Origin: Lophium mytilinum
Lineage: Eukaryota
Direction of reading: 5' to 3'
Assembly: GCA_010093605.1 (NCBI GenBank)
Contig: MU004182.1
Location: 591,032 to 655,031, forward strand
DNA: 64,000 nucleotides
The stretch's first letter is position 1. Every line of letters begins with the position of its first letter. The position numbers were made by a program, and so were the translations under genes. Shown piece by piece: positions 25,007-35,820 of the stretch. The notes below the pieces were generated by a model. That model saw only the letters and a program-made list of their open reading frames with translations. It had not been told where the DNA came from and made no database searches.

Positions 25007-26231
25007 ATGAAATCTTCAACTCTCTTGGCTCTGCCTCCCGAGCTCCTCGTCCACATTCTCTCCTTCCTCCCAGTAAAATCGCTCCTAAAGTTCTCTGAAA
25101 CTTCACACGCCTCTCATGCTCTCGCAACATCAAGCTTACACACCCTTTCTCTGTCTATCCACACCACCCGGATCGGGGGTATTATGAGCCGTCTAGGAGC
25201 CACCACCCTCCCAATCCCAAAAGACACCGCCTCCGCATTTGCCTCTGCCCGGAACCCCCTATCCGCCTCTCTCGCCGAGAGTATCCCTCGCAGCAGCCGC
25301 AGCTCGCAATCCAGCTTCGCCCTCGCCGAAGACTCCATCCTGCACTGCGACCCACACGCCGTGCACGTCCTAATCCCAGACGCCCACACTTTCGACCCCT
25401 CAACGCTTCTAGCCTTCCACAACGCCCTCATTTCCAGCGTGATCACGCGCCATAAGACCACTCTGCGCCATTTAGACCTCTCCCTTTGGAGCCTGACCCC
25501 CCAAATCGCCCACGCTCTGAAGGCATTACCCGCCCTCCGCACGCTCTCCCTTCGCATCGAGGATCCACACGCTCGCTCAACCTCGCGCCGTATCCGTCTC
25601 GCGCACCGCCTGGAGGAGTGTGTGGCGTGGGATATCCTCGCCGAAGACGCGGGCTGGGCGGCTGCGCTGCGAGCTCTGCGGATCGATGGCGCGCAGATTG
25701 GTACTGCACAGCTAGGTAGGATACTGAGCTGTAATCGGCTTTGCCGCGAACTCTGGGTCTGCAAGTGCCATAATGTCGACAGGGGCGTGTGGAGATATCT
25801 AGGAGGCGAGTGGAAAGGCCGAAAGGGGTTGCAGGTGTTGGGGGTGTTGAAGAGCTTTGTTGATGTCGAGGAGGAGGATTTGAGGTTTATTGGCGGATTG
25901 GACGGCTTAAAGGTAGGCTTCAACTATTTTCTTTCGGCTTTGACGTTCAGCGACTCGATGTCTGACTTGATATCACGTCACGTGATCCCCTGTTGGAACC
26001 CCTTTCCCCGTCTCCAGGCAAGCAAATGCAAGACAAAGCATTGCTAATGTATCTCAGTTCTTAGCACTGCAAGGCTGCAATGGCCCAGACAACGATGTCT
26101 TCGACGAAAGGAATCGGGACGTCTGGCATATCCCAGAACTGATCCCGCCGCAGCCCTCGTCGCGGGGTAGCTCTGTTCCTGCGTTTATTGAGGTCGATCC
26201 GGCGTATCAAGCAGCTTTAAACATTGCCTAG
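25007..26231 (+). CDS. F-box protein with LRR-like C-terminal region (2 exons)
   Basis: N-terminal F-box LLALPPELLVHILSFLPVKSLLKFSETS and LxxLxL repeats (LRHLDLSL, LRTLSLRI, LRALRID). Intron 25913-26057 extends the frame to TAG at 26229-26231. Confidence 0.8.
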
Positions 26232-26400
26232 AAGCCGCTGAAACTAGAGGGTTTTATAGGCTTATAAATAATAGTAGCGGACGATGACTTAACCACATAT
26301 CCCCAAATATAACCGAGTATCATCAAGTCTTTCTTCTTCGTACTAGCTAACTCACATATCCGCCTACAACGTGAATACCAAAGTAATAATAATCAAAAGT

Positions 26401-26533
26401 CGGAATGAACGCGACTCGAACCAGCGACCTTGTGTGACAAAAAACTCAGGCCGCGGCCCTACAAAAACCCCGCAGGGTTTTTACTGTGTAAGCTGTTGAC
26501 TGTCGGTGACTTGAGCCACTGGGCTAAGGATCC
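26401..26533 (-). pseudogene. Degenerate tRNA-like sequence (Pol III A/B boxes)
   Basis: Minus strand has A-box TAGCCCAGTGG near the 5' end and AGGTCGCTGGTTCGAGTC (variable loop + B-box) near the 3' end. Acceptor and T stems pair poorly; no anticodon can be assigned. Confidence 0.35.
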
Positions 26534-26881
26534 TGACTGAGCTACTGTACTGCTACTCGAAAGTTGCAGCCCCCCGAAAGGGACTCGACCTAGAAAATAA
26601 TGGGGTATATGAGGCCTATGGTGTGGTTCGGTTAGTGCCGTTAATTAAATTGCTGTTTATAGAGCAGAAGGGCAATGACCTGGACAATGCATCATAGTAC
26701 TTGGTGGTATATAGTTTATGCACGAAGCTTGTAAGTAAGTGCAAGCTTCCTAGCCGATAAAGTAAAGCAGTATGTCTACTAAAGTGAAATGTGCTTCTAG
26801 TCATAAGGAGATCTATGCCGTACTATTTACACATCTATGCCTTATCTCTCTAGCCCATACCATTATATGTCATCTTCTAGC

Positions 26882-28180
26882 TCATACCAACCTATGCAGT
26901 AGCTCCCTCCCATCTAACCACCTCTCCAAATTCTCCGCACTCTCCTCATACCACGTGTTCATCGTCCCCTCCTCCACATACCCCATATGAGGAGTTAATA
27001 AGACCCTGCTCTTCCCCGGCTCATCCCAGTCCTCCGTCCGCCACGGGCTATCCACCGGCAACGGCTCAATATCAAACACATCCAACGCCGCGCCCTTAAT
27101 TCTCCCCGCCCTGAGCGTCTCAAACAACGCCTTCTCCTCCACCAACGGCCCCCTCGACGTATTCACAAAAAAGGCCTCCGCCTTCATCGCCCCCAACTCC
27201 CTCTCCCCTACCATCCCCCTCGACCGCTCCGAAAGCACATAATGCACCGTAACCACATCCGCCTGCCGAAACAACTCCTCCTTCCCCACGAACCTAAACG
27301 TCCTCTCCCCCTCCTCCGCCAACCCACCCCCCTTAACCGGCAACCCCATCTCCCCCGCCATCTTATCCGCCTTCTCCTGCGTCAGATTCTCGCTCCAGCA
27401 CACCACCCGCATCCCAAACGCCAGCACGCCCACCCTCGCCACCGCCGCCCCCAGCCGGCCTAACCCCACCACCCCAAGCACCTTCCCCTGCAACCCCGTC
27501 GCCAGCGTCGTCTGCCAGGGTGGGCTGGGTGCTGGGGCGGGTGGGCCACCCTTCCTCTTCCCCTTCACCACCGCATCATCCCCCGCCACATTCCGCACCA
27601 ACCCCAGTATCAGCGCCCACGCATGCTGCGTCGTCGGATGCCCGCCCCCATCCCGCGCCGACCCCACCAAGCCCCGCCCAGCCCACTTCCCTGTGCCGTC
27701 GACGCGGCCGCGGGCGGGGGCGGCGACGAGCGCGATGTTGAGGTCGCGCATGGCGGGTTTGTCGAACGTCTCGAACTGCGAGCCGGTGGCGAGGACGAGG
27801 CGGAGGTTGGGGAGGGTCTCGAGGAGGGTGCGGGGGAGCGGGGTGCGCTCGCGCATGGTGGAGAGGATGGTGTAGGGGGCCAGGGTTTCAGTGTAGAGGG
27901 GGAGGGTGGAGGGGGTCAAGGGGGGGAGGGGCGCGAGGCGGGTTGTGGAGAGGGTGGTGGCGGGGATGTGGGAGAAGTGGGGAGCGGCGAGGGAGAGGTA
28001 GTCGTCGAGGATGGCCATTTTTGGGGGGGAGGGGGTGGTGGTGGACATTTTGCGGGTGTGTGTCCTAGGGAAGGGAGTGATTGTGGTTGTGAGAGTAGGT
28101 TTCGGGGGCTGGTTGAGGGTTCGCGTGAGGAGGGCGAGTCGGCGGGACGTTTGGTGGGAAGGGAGGGAGAGTCGTGACAT
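26882..28180 (-). CDS. D-isomer-specific 2-hydroxyacid dehydrogenase (NAD-binding), likely mitochondrial presequence
   Basis: GVVGLGRLG Rossmann motif, ADVVTVH, FVNTSRGPLV, GAALDVFDIEPL and LTPHMGY catalytic His. N-terminus is Arg/Ser/Thr-rich and lacks acidic residues. Confidence 0.9.
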   Translation of the reverse strand: MSRLSLPSHQTSRRLALLTRTLNQPPKPTLTTTITPFPRTHTRKMSTTTPSPPKMAILDDYLSLAAPHFSHIPATTLSTTRLAPLPPLTPSTLPLYTETLAPYTILSTMRERTPLPRTLLETLPNLRLVLATGSQFETFDKPAMRDLNIALVAAPARGRVDGTGKWAGRGLVGSARDGGGHPTTQHAWALILGLVRNVAGDDAVVKGKRKGGPPAPAPSPPWQTTLATGLQGKVLGVVGLGRLGAAVARVGVLAFGMRVVCWSENLTQEKADKMAGEMGLPVKGGGLAEEGERTFRFVGKEELFRQADVVTVHYVLSERSRGMVGERELGAMKAEAFFVNTSRGPLVEEKALFETLRAGRIKGAALDVFDIEPLPVDSPWRTEDWDEPGKSRVLLTPHMGYVEEGTMNTWYEESAENLERWLDGRELLHRLV

Positions 28181-28879
28181 GGTGGGATTCGTGATTGAGG
28201 GGGCTGGTGGTTGTTTCTAGCTAGGTAAGTTTATATCCGTAAGCGCATTGCGGCGGACTTCCGCCCGAGGTGCGAGGGGCTCAAGATCTGCGTCTGGCTT
28301 CTGGCTGTTGATATTCAATGCGTCGGGATGATGAAACGGTATCTCCTCGTTCCGATTCAAAGCTTAGATGCCATTGTGGACGAAGTTGTCTAGATTTCGA
28401 GTCGAAGAGCAATCGCGAGGTCGGCTGTTGCTTTACCGGAGCGATGATAATGCGTCACGTGAATATATCCCTATTGGTTCACCGATTCAAAGGTTTTCAC
28501 AGATTCGACGAATGAGGGGCCTTAAAGCATCAAATATAAGTGCTTTTGTTCTTGAAAGCTGTAAACGAAAGTCGGCTCAGCTACGCCGTTTGGCCAAACC
28601 CGCGGGGCAACTCGGCTTACCTTCCCTAACCTCAGCCCTCTCCATCCCCATCCCATCATCGTGACTGCGGGGAGTCTACGTAACCCCACACTTGCTTGAG
28701 CCGCACCTTCTATTCGTCCGTGATTCGAGGTTCCTGTAATAGGAATGCATCACGCGTCAAAGGCAGTTGGACCCTTTGGGCACCTCATGAGTCTTATCTA
28801 CCTCGTGCTTCCTTCTTAAACCTGATGTCCTACTCTCTCAATTTCCTTCTCTGCCTCACACTCCACAGACCAAGCCAGA

Positions 28880-30842
28880 ATGTCTTTTGATACTGAAGTT
28901 CTTATTATTGGGGGCGGCATGTCGGGCTTAGGCCTGGCTGTCCAGCTCATCAAGAAGTATGGCGTTCGCGACTTCGAGATCATCGAGAAGTCGGATGACG
29001 TTGGAGGGACGTGGTTGGCGAACACGTACCCTGGGTGTGGATGTGATGTAGAGTCCCCTCTCCCTTTCTTCCTAACTTACTTTGCTGACGATGGACTTAG
29101 GTAGCATCTCACTTCTACTCCTACTCTTTTGCTCTCAACCCCGACTGGACCCGGAAATACTCTATGCGCCCGGAGATCCAGCAGTACTTCCGGTCCGTAG
29201 CTGAGCAATACAAGATTCTCGAGAATGTCCGCTTCCAGTCTTTCGTCGAGAAGGCGATCTGGGACGAGCTGAGCGAGACTTGGGTCGTCACTATTAAGGA
29301 CCAGAAGACCAAGGAGCGGATTACCCGTCGTGCTAAGATTGTTATCTCTGCGGTTGGTGCGTTGTCGGTGCCAAAAGAGTGTGATACGCCTGGAGCTGAG
29401 AGCTTTGAGGGACCCATTTTCCACTCTGCGAAGTGGGATCATAGCTTTGATTGGCAGAATAAGGATGTCGTGGTGATTGGTAAGATTCCCTACTATTCGT
29501 GTGATTGAGTATATGTTCAGGTTATATATGCTAAATGAAACCTTAGGAAACGGATGCTCAGCAACGCAATTCGTTCCCATCATGAGTGGTGGCCCAAAGG
29601 CAACCAAGCAACTCACCCAATTTGCCCGTCAATCCCATTGGCTATCAGAGCGAGAGAACCCGTACTACTCCTCAACTTTCAAGAAGCTCATGCGATACGT
29701 ACCGCTAGCTATGCGCTTGTACCGTGCGAAGTTGTATTGGGATATGGAGAAGGACTTCGCCGGTTTCAATATCCAGAGCGGACGAAACATACGAGCAGAT
29801 CTTGTCAAGACTAATCAGGAGTACGTGAAGAGAGTAGCCCCCAAGAAATACTGGGATGTGCTCATTCCGAAGACTGAGATCGGGTGCAAGAGGAAGGTAC
29901 TGGATACCGATTATCTAGCTTGCCTGCATCGCCCAAATGTGGAACTCGTCGCCACTGATCCGATAGACGAGATCACTCCTAGTGGTGTGCGGACGAAGTC
30001 TGGAAGAGAGGTCAAGGCCGACGCGATTGTTCTTGCAATCGGGTTTGCTACGAGCCAACTGCTGTTCCCTATGGATATTAGGGGCAAGAACGGTATCAGC
30101 CTGAACAAACACGTAAGACTCTCAAATCTTTTTAAACTACTCAGCTGACCAGAAACAAGTGGGACTCTGAGAGCCAAGGCGTCGCACAGGCGTACTTCGG
30201 CACATGTGTACCTGGCTTCCCTAACTTCTTCATCATGATGGGCCCGTAAGTCCTCCTTCCATGCTGTTTCGAAAACTCTTACTCAACAATCTCCCCAGTA
30301 ATACAACCACCGGCCATCTCTCCGTCATCTACACTGTCGAGTGCCAAATCAACTTCACCCTCAGCCTAATCGAGCCCATCATCAAGACCCTCCCATCCTA
30401 CCGCAGCCGCTCCATCCTCCCATCTCTCTTACTGTTCAACCCAGTCCCATCAGTCGTTGAGGTCAAGCCCGAGGCTGCCCGCCTCGACAGCGCCTGGACC
30501 CAACTCGAATGTAAGAAGCTCGTCTGGTCCTCCGGCTGCACCAACTGGGCCATGGACCCGAAAACCGGCATGAACATTATGATGTACCCTGACTGGCAGT
30601 TCCTGTACTGGTGGCGCAGTATCTTCTACAAGAAGCAGGACTTTGTGTACACGGAAGCGAAGAGTGGGAAGGAGGTCAAGCCGTGGAGTCCATCTCCACT
30701 GGGGCTGGTCGCGCGCGTGGCGGCGGTGGGATTACTGGTGAGTAGTGGGCTATTTGCGGCCGGAGTGCTGGATCGAGATGCTGTGGAGGATGGTGCGAAG
30801 CATCTGATCGCGAGTGCGAAGGAACTAGTAAAATGGCGTTGA
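28880..30842 (+). CDS. Flavin-binding monooxygenase (FMO/BVMO family), ~5 exons, C-terminal membrane anchor
   Basis: [22 protein letters not shown] across intron 29048-29100; fingerprint [32 protein letters not shown]. Hydrophobic C-terminal segment. Confidence 0.88.
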
Positions 30843-31629
30843 GGTACATTTTCAATTTTTTAAATTCTTCCTGAAGGGCACGTGGCGTTGTTGATATATA
30901 CTAAGAGTTGATGCAGCAATTGAGAATCTAGACCAGTTCTGTGTGTTTACTCTTTTATAATCCACAGAAATTGCGAAGCTGAGTATAGACGGCTTTGTTT
31001 GTTGTTACCCAAGAAATATTTGATGCCCCAGTCTGAAGTGCCCCAAAACTCCTCCCTGCCACGCTGCCAAGACCTCACGATAGCAGAAGGTTCTTCAACA
31101 TGGGTCTCTTCAAAGTGTGAATATACTGGTAGTGGGACGCAGCTGTGTAACGGTATTAAAAATCTTTCATATGTGAGGTCGCAACTGCAGAGATCGATGC
31201 TGTTGGGTGCGGTCTCTTGTGAGATTTTACTTCCTCACTTCACCCGCTCCATTACATCATTCACAGACGCACAATAGGAAGGCTGCCGCGGTATTGAAGC
31301 AGAACCCTCTCGCAGCCATCCTCGCACTTTCTCCTCACCTCACCTCTTTCTGTTCCGTCGTCCATCCTCACATCTCTGCTTGTGAGAGTTCTTTCTTTCC
31401 TGTTCGCTCCTAAGCGCAGTTCAGCAGTTCTCTCTCAAAGTGGCATTCGACGCCAATTGCTTATTTCCAGCGACATCAACCGACCCGTTCTCCCAAGCCG
31501 CAACACTGCGCAGACATACGTCCATCGACAACAGCGAAAGTTCATCGTTTCGGCCATCAGCGCTACGTGGTGCTTCTCTCTCGAAAGTTCCTTTCTTCGT
31601 CCTTGGTCATCCAATTCGTTCTACCCATC

Positions 31630-33045
31630 ATGTCCTCGTCCTACAGCAGAACCTCCACCATGAACTCCGAGAGCGCGACCTCCTCAAAGTCCATGGGATC
31701 TGGCAGCGGCGTCTTCTCCATAGCGGAGCCGGGACCGACCTCTCTCCCCCCGATTGCCTCTCCAGCACAGTTCCGGAGGCATCCAGCTCTTCATGAGTCC
31801 CTGGCCAAGCAACGCATCATCAAGACTGCAAACTATCTGGTCCTCCACGAGACCAACAGCGCCGCGCTCATCAAGCAAGAGAAAGAAGGAGACGCCATCA
31901 CTCTCAAATACCTCCTCGAGCGTCTCCACGCCGGCAAGCTCTGCCCCGGCCCAGTCACCCCCATGCACCGCAACGACATCAACCACCCAAGCCAGCGCGC
32001 CCTCCGCTACATCACCGCCACCACGGCCGAGCGTCCCCTCAGCGACTTCGAAGACGTCTGGTACCTCGCCATCGCCAAGATCCAAGACCTGCACACCCAC
32101 TTCCAAAAATTCATGGAGCACCCCATCCTCCAGCTCCGCATCCTACACTACCTCGGCCCCAAGCTCGAAGACAACATGATCCCCTTCACAGTCCGCATGC
32201 TCTACGACTACCTCTCCAGCGCATGGACCAAACTCACCGACCCAAGCCTGATGCACGCTCTGGACAAAGCCGTCGTCTACAACCGCATCAAGCACGCCCA
32301 AGCCATCGCCCTCTCCCCAACCTTCGACCCCTTCGACAACTCCCCCCAGCGCACCGCCCTCACCCGCGCCCGCTTCCGCGTCCGCGGCCGCCTCTCCGAC
32401 GACGCCTTCGCGGGCATCTGGGACTGCGCTAACCGCTCCGTCGCGATGATCCGCGCGGACGTTAATTGGAAGTACCGCGCGCTTGTCGGCGAGGAGAAGC
32501 GCGTCAGCGGCCAGGCGATCCGCTCTCCGGACTGCGAGTGCCATGCGCTTTGTCTCTGTCAGGCGGGCTGCTACATGGAGCCTGATGAGCGCTGTGCGTG
32601 CAAGCGCAGCGCGCAGTTCCGCGCTGAGGCGCTGGCGCAGGATGCAAGGCGTGAGGAGGGGCTGGATGTGTCGACGCCGGGGGTGGTGGTGCCGCTGCGG
32701 TCTAGTGGGATGTCGACGGTCGGGGTGGTGCCACCGCCGCCGCTGTTTAGTGGGATGGAGAGGGCGCGCATGCCGAGTGACCATGCGGCGGAGGAGGTGA
32801 TGAAGACGTTGGAGAGGATGTGTGCGCCGAAGACGGCGGAGGCGGGGGCGAGACGGGAGGAGGGGTGGGAGGCGGAGTCGCCGTCGAGGAAGGCGAAGAC
32901 GGTGGTGAAGAGTGTGGTGTTTGCGGAGTGGGAGGCGGAGCGGGAGCAGAAGGAGTGGATGAATGCGGGGATTGTGGTGGAGAGGGAGGGGAGGTTTAAG
33001 AGGGCTGTTGGGAAGTTGATGCGGTCGTTGAGCCATAATAAGTAG
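31630..33045 (+). CDS. Hypothetical protein with Cys-rich motif
   Basis: Long intronless ORF with strong codon bias (first ATG at 31630) containing CECHALCLCQAGCYMEPDERCAC. No family recognised. Confidence 0.65.
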   Translation: MSSSYSRTSTMNSESATSSKSMGSGSGVFSIAEPGPTSLPPIASPAQFRRHPALHESLAKQRIIKTANYLVLHETNSAALIKQEKEGDAITLKYLLERLHAGKLCPGPVTPMHRNDINHPSQRALRYITATTAERPLSDFEDVWYLAIAKIQDLHTHFQKFMEHPILQLRILHYLGPKLEDNMIPFTVRMLYDYLSSAWTKLTDPSLMHALDKAVVYNRIKHAQAIALSPTFDPFDNSPQRTALTRARFRVRGRLSDDAFAGIWDCANRSVAMIRADVNWKYRALVGEEKRVSGQAIRSPDCECHALCLCQAGCYMEPDERCACKRSAQFRAEALAQDARREEGLDVSTPGVVVPLRSSGMSTVGVVPPPPLFSGMERARMPSDHAAEEVMKTLERMCAPKTAEAGARREEGWEAESPSRKAKTVVKSVVFAEWEAEREQKEWMNAGIVVEREGRFKRAVGKLMRSLSHNK

Positions 33046-33399
33046 GTGCAGTCTGGGTGGGCTTCTGGAGGTTGGCTTTTCGGGCCTTGGATGACTTGTT
33101 GTTCTGGTTGATACGTCTGAGGACGGGGTGAGAGTTGAGTTGGCTGTAGTAGCTGAGGTTTGGTAGTTATACCCTGAAATGGAAATGAGACTATGATTGA
33201 TGCTGAGTTCAAATACACCACCGTGCTATGAATGTACCTCCAGTCTTGTGCCACCGCGCGTCGTGTTCTTATATGTATTAAGAAAGCTAGAGCAATGCAT
33301 TACGCTTCAAAATGACATACATCACTGATTTGAGTTCAGGGCCTCTAACATAACACTGCTTGAACTTCATTCTTGCTCGCTTGACGCTACTGTACGGAG

Positions 33400-33990
33400 A
33401 AGCCCAGCTAGCAGATAAGTAGCCAGTCAAAAGGCAGCCCACTTTCCAATGCGTTCACCTTTACATCGTATTTGGAGTTTGAAAAGCCCATCGGCGTGCC
33501 TCAAGCAGTGGTAAGAAAGTGCCGAAACGGAAGTCACAGCACTGTGATCTACGGCATCCTGTTAGCCTCTACGCCTGGTCGCTGATATTGCAGTAACTGG
33601 ACTTGGGGATTACGTGCTTGTAAGCACTTTAAGGAGCCCAGCCATCTGGTCATTAGTCAGTCAAGAGGTAGCCCGATTTTGACTGTATCATCATTGGCAT
33701 TGTGCCTAAAATTTTGAAAATGCATGGGGGTGCCCCAGGCGGTGGCAAAAGCGTGAAATAAGTCACAGCACTGTAATCTACGGCAGTCTATGACCTTTTA
33801 CACCTTGTCACTGATATTGCAAGCACTAACCATAGGTTCTACCTGTTTGTAGCACTTCGAGGAGGAGCCCCACGAACAGGTTGCCAGTCAGTCAAGAGGT
33901 AGCCCAATTCCAATCGTATCATCATTGACATCGTGCTAGAGGTCTTGAAAATACACAGGGGTACCCCAAGCGGTGGCAAACGAGTGACCA
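33400..33990. repeat. Three tandem diverged copies of a ~232-bp element (fourth copy at ~34800-34900)
   Basis: Core AGTCAARAGGYAGYCC at 33425, 33659, 33890 and 34808. AGTCACAGCACTGTRATCTACGGCA shared at ~33532 and ~33761. GCRGTGGYAA-like block in all copies. Confidence 0.85.
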
Positions 33991-34040
33991 ATCTCATCCT
34001 CCAGGAATGTGATACTCAGCATCCTGTACTCACTATACTT

Positions 34041-35117
34041 TTACTCTGCAACACTCAGCTCCTCCATCGCTTCCTCCAATTTTGGCCCCATAATGACGTC
34101 CCACTGCCTCCACTTGCAGAACCCCATGCCCATCCAGCGCAAATACTCACCGGCCACTTCAGCAGCCAAACGGCACTCATCTAGCCTCGCCCACGTGTTT
34201 GGATCAACGTGAATTGCGAGGACGTTCTTGGTGTCTAATGCTGGCTGGTCGACTATGATGAGAACACTGGGCCACGTCTGGTTGAGGACATCTGCATCTT
34301 CGTCAGAGCCGAGCGTGTCTTTGTCAATGTACCTGGCAATTTGTGGATCATGGTCTTCAGATCGCCTCTTGTTGATGCCAGCATTGATCGTCTTCATGAT
34401 ATCTTTGAAGGCCTCCTCGTCCCCGTCCTCTGCCCCATCGCCGTTTGCGAGGTTGAAGACACCGGCGGGTAACTCCGGAAAGTGTTTGTAGCCTTGTCTC
34501 ACAAAGCGCTCGTTCTTGTCCCAATTGAACCAATCGTTCCACTTCATGTTTGCTATGTCCAGATTGGTGCAGGCAGAGCTAGCTTCGCCAATTGGCAAAC
34601 GAAGGACGTCTGGGGCGCCTTCTTCATCGAGGGTGACCACAAAGACGTCGGATTTTGGCTCCCATTTTGGGTCGTCGATGATGATGAAGTATTGCCTTGA
34701 GTAAAGTCAGTATTTCTTGTCGGTATCTCGAATCTGTCACTGCCGGGCTCCAATTTTGCTCGCTGGACACCACTGTCGGGGGTAGCTTGGCCGCTGAGCA
34801 GCCATCTAGTCAAGAGGCAGTCCGATCTGCACTACTTGAAAGTCGACATCGCCCTTGATTTTTCAGAATCCGGCGGGGGCACCCAAACAGTGGCGAAACA
34901 GTGTTCCCAGACTTATGGCTTGTCACTGTACTTACCCCCCTGAGTTCGGATCGTTACGGTGATAGTCTACGATCTTGACGACGGATTTGCCAATGTGAGA
35001 GTCGAAGTTGGCAGCTAGACGGAAGTGGTCCCACTCAATCTTGAGGTAGGGCGGTCCTGTTTTCAAAGCGCCTAAGACGGCGTCCACGTCGACTGGCATG
35101 GTAGAGTAGACTCTCAT
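34041..35117 (-). CDS. Hypothetical ~278-aa protein with two internal repeats (DUF6924-like motif NLDIANMxW), 2 exons
   Basis: Exon 35117-34936 (GG|GTAAGT) splices in frame to exon 34695-34041 (CTGAC...CAAG|G). Repeated FIIIDD..VFVV..R..A and LIIVDQ..VLAI..R..A blocks. DUF assignment is from memory and unverified. Confidence 0.6.
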
Positions 35118-35335
35118 CGCCGTCTTGAGAAAGTCTGTGATGTGGAGGTGTGGAGTAATGTAGGTTGCAGTAGGAAACGCAGGTGTGTAGACAGGTGGAG
35201 TGGAAATCGGGCAGGCCAGGAAAAGGACGGTTGTGCTTTATCTGTTATCCGCCTTTTTGTCAAGATGGTGAATGTCTATATCTCGAGAGGTAGACATTTC
35301 AAAGTCGTACTGGTGATGATACTAAACGTCCGTTT

Positions 35336-35820
35336 ACGCGGTAAGATCCGAGACTCTTTCCAATAAAAATGACTACGCTGGGTGTACCCCTTTGCGTGCA
35401 CGCCAGGTCTGGTAAAGAGTCCTCGTGCGCGGTTGAATCCGAGACTTCTTCCAGTTGAAGGAACTGCAGTGGGTACACGTAGCGTACCCCTTCACGTGCC
35501 CTCTGTGCTTAGTAAAGTCATTTAACGCGGTCAGATCCGTGACTTGCTCCCAAAAAAGGAACTATGTTAGCTGTACACCGCGTAAACCCTTGCGTGGCCT
35601 CAACGTATATCCAAGGTTTTCTCCCGCGGTCACATCAGAGAAATCTTTCACTAAAAGCTACGACGTTGGGTACACGTAGCGTGCCGCTTTGCGTGCCCTC
35701 TACGTCTGTAAAATGTTGTCTTGAGCGAGCAAATCTGTGGTTTGTTCTAACAAGAGAACCCATGTTAGGTATATTTAGTGTGCCCTTTTACGTGTCCTCT
35801 AAGCCGGAGAGTATGTTTAA
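35336..35820. repeat. Degenerate ~99-bp tandem array, 5 copies
   Basis: Units start near 35336, 35427, 35525, 35624 and 35723. They share CGCGGT.A.ATCCG.GA and GGGTACACGTAGCGT.CCCCTT..CGTGCC-like blocks. Confidence 0.75.

Noticed and set aside
26533..26590. Hammerhead-ribozyme-like words CTGACTGAG...CGAAA and a CCC-GAAA-GGG tetraloop
   Set aside because: Core has an extra base relative to CUGANGA, and stems I-III cannot be formed convincingly.
19091..33254. Long antisense/overlapping ORFs (e.g. 19091-20074, 25114-25923, 27623-28177, 32143-33036)
   Set aside because: Shadows of GC-biased real genes on the opposite strand; low-complexity translations.
33400..34900. A-to-I editing rescue of TGA/TAG stops at Trp-like positions in the repeats
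   Set aside because: Copies also differ by frameshifts and other stops, which editing could not repair.
35336..35820. CRISPR-like array
   Set aside because: Eukaryotic context, whole units are degenerate homologues with no unique spacers, and no cas genes.
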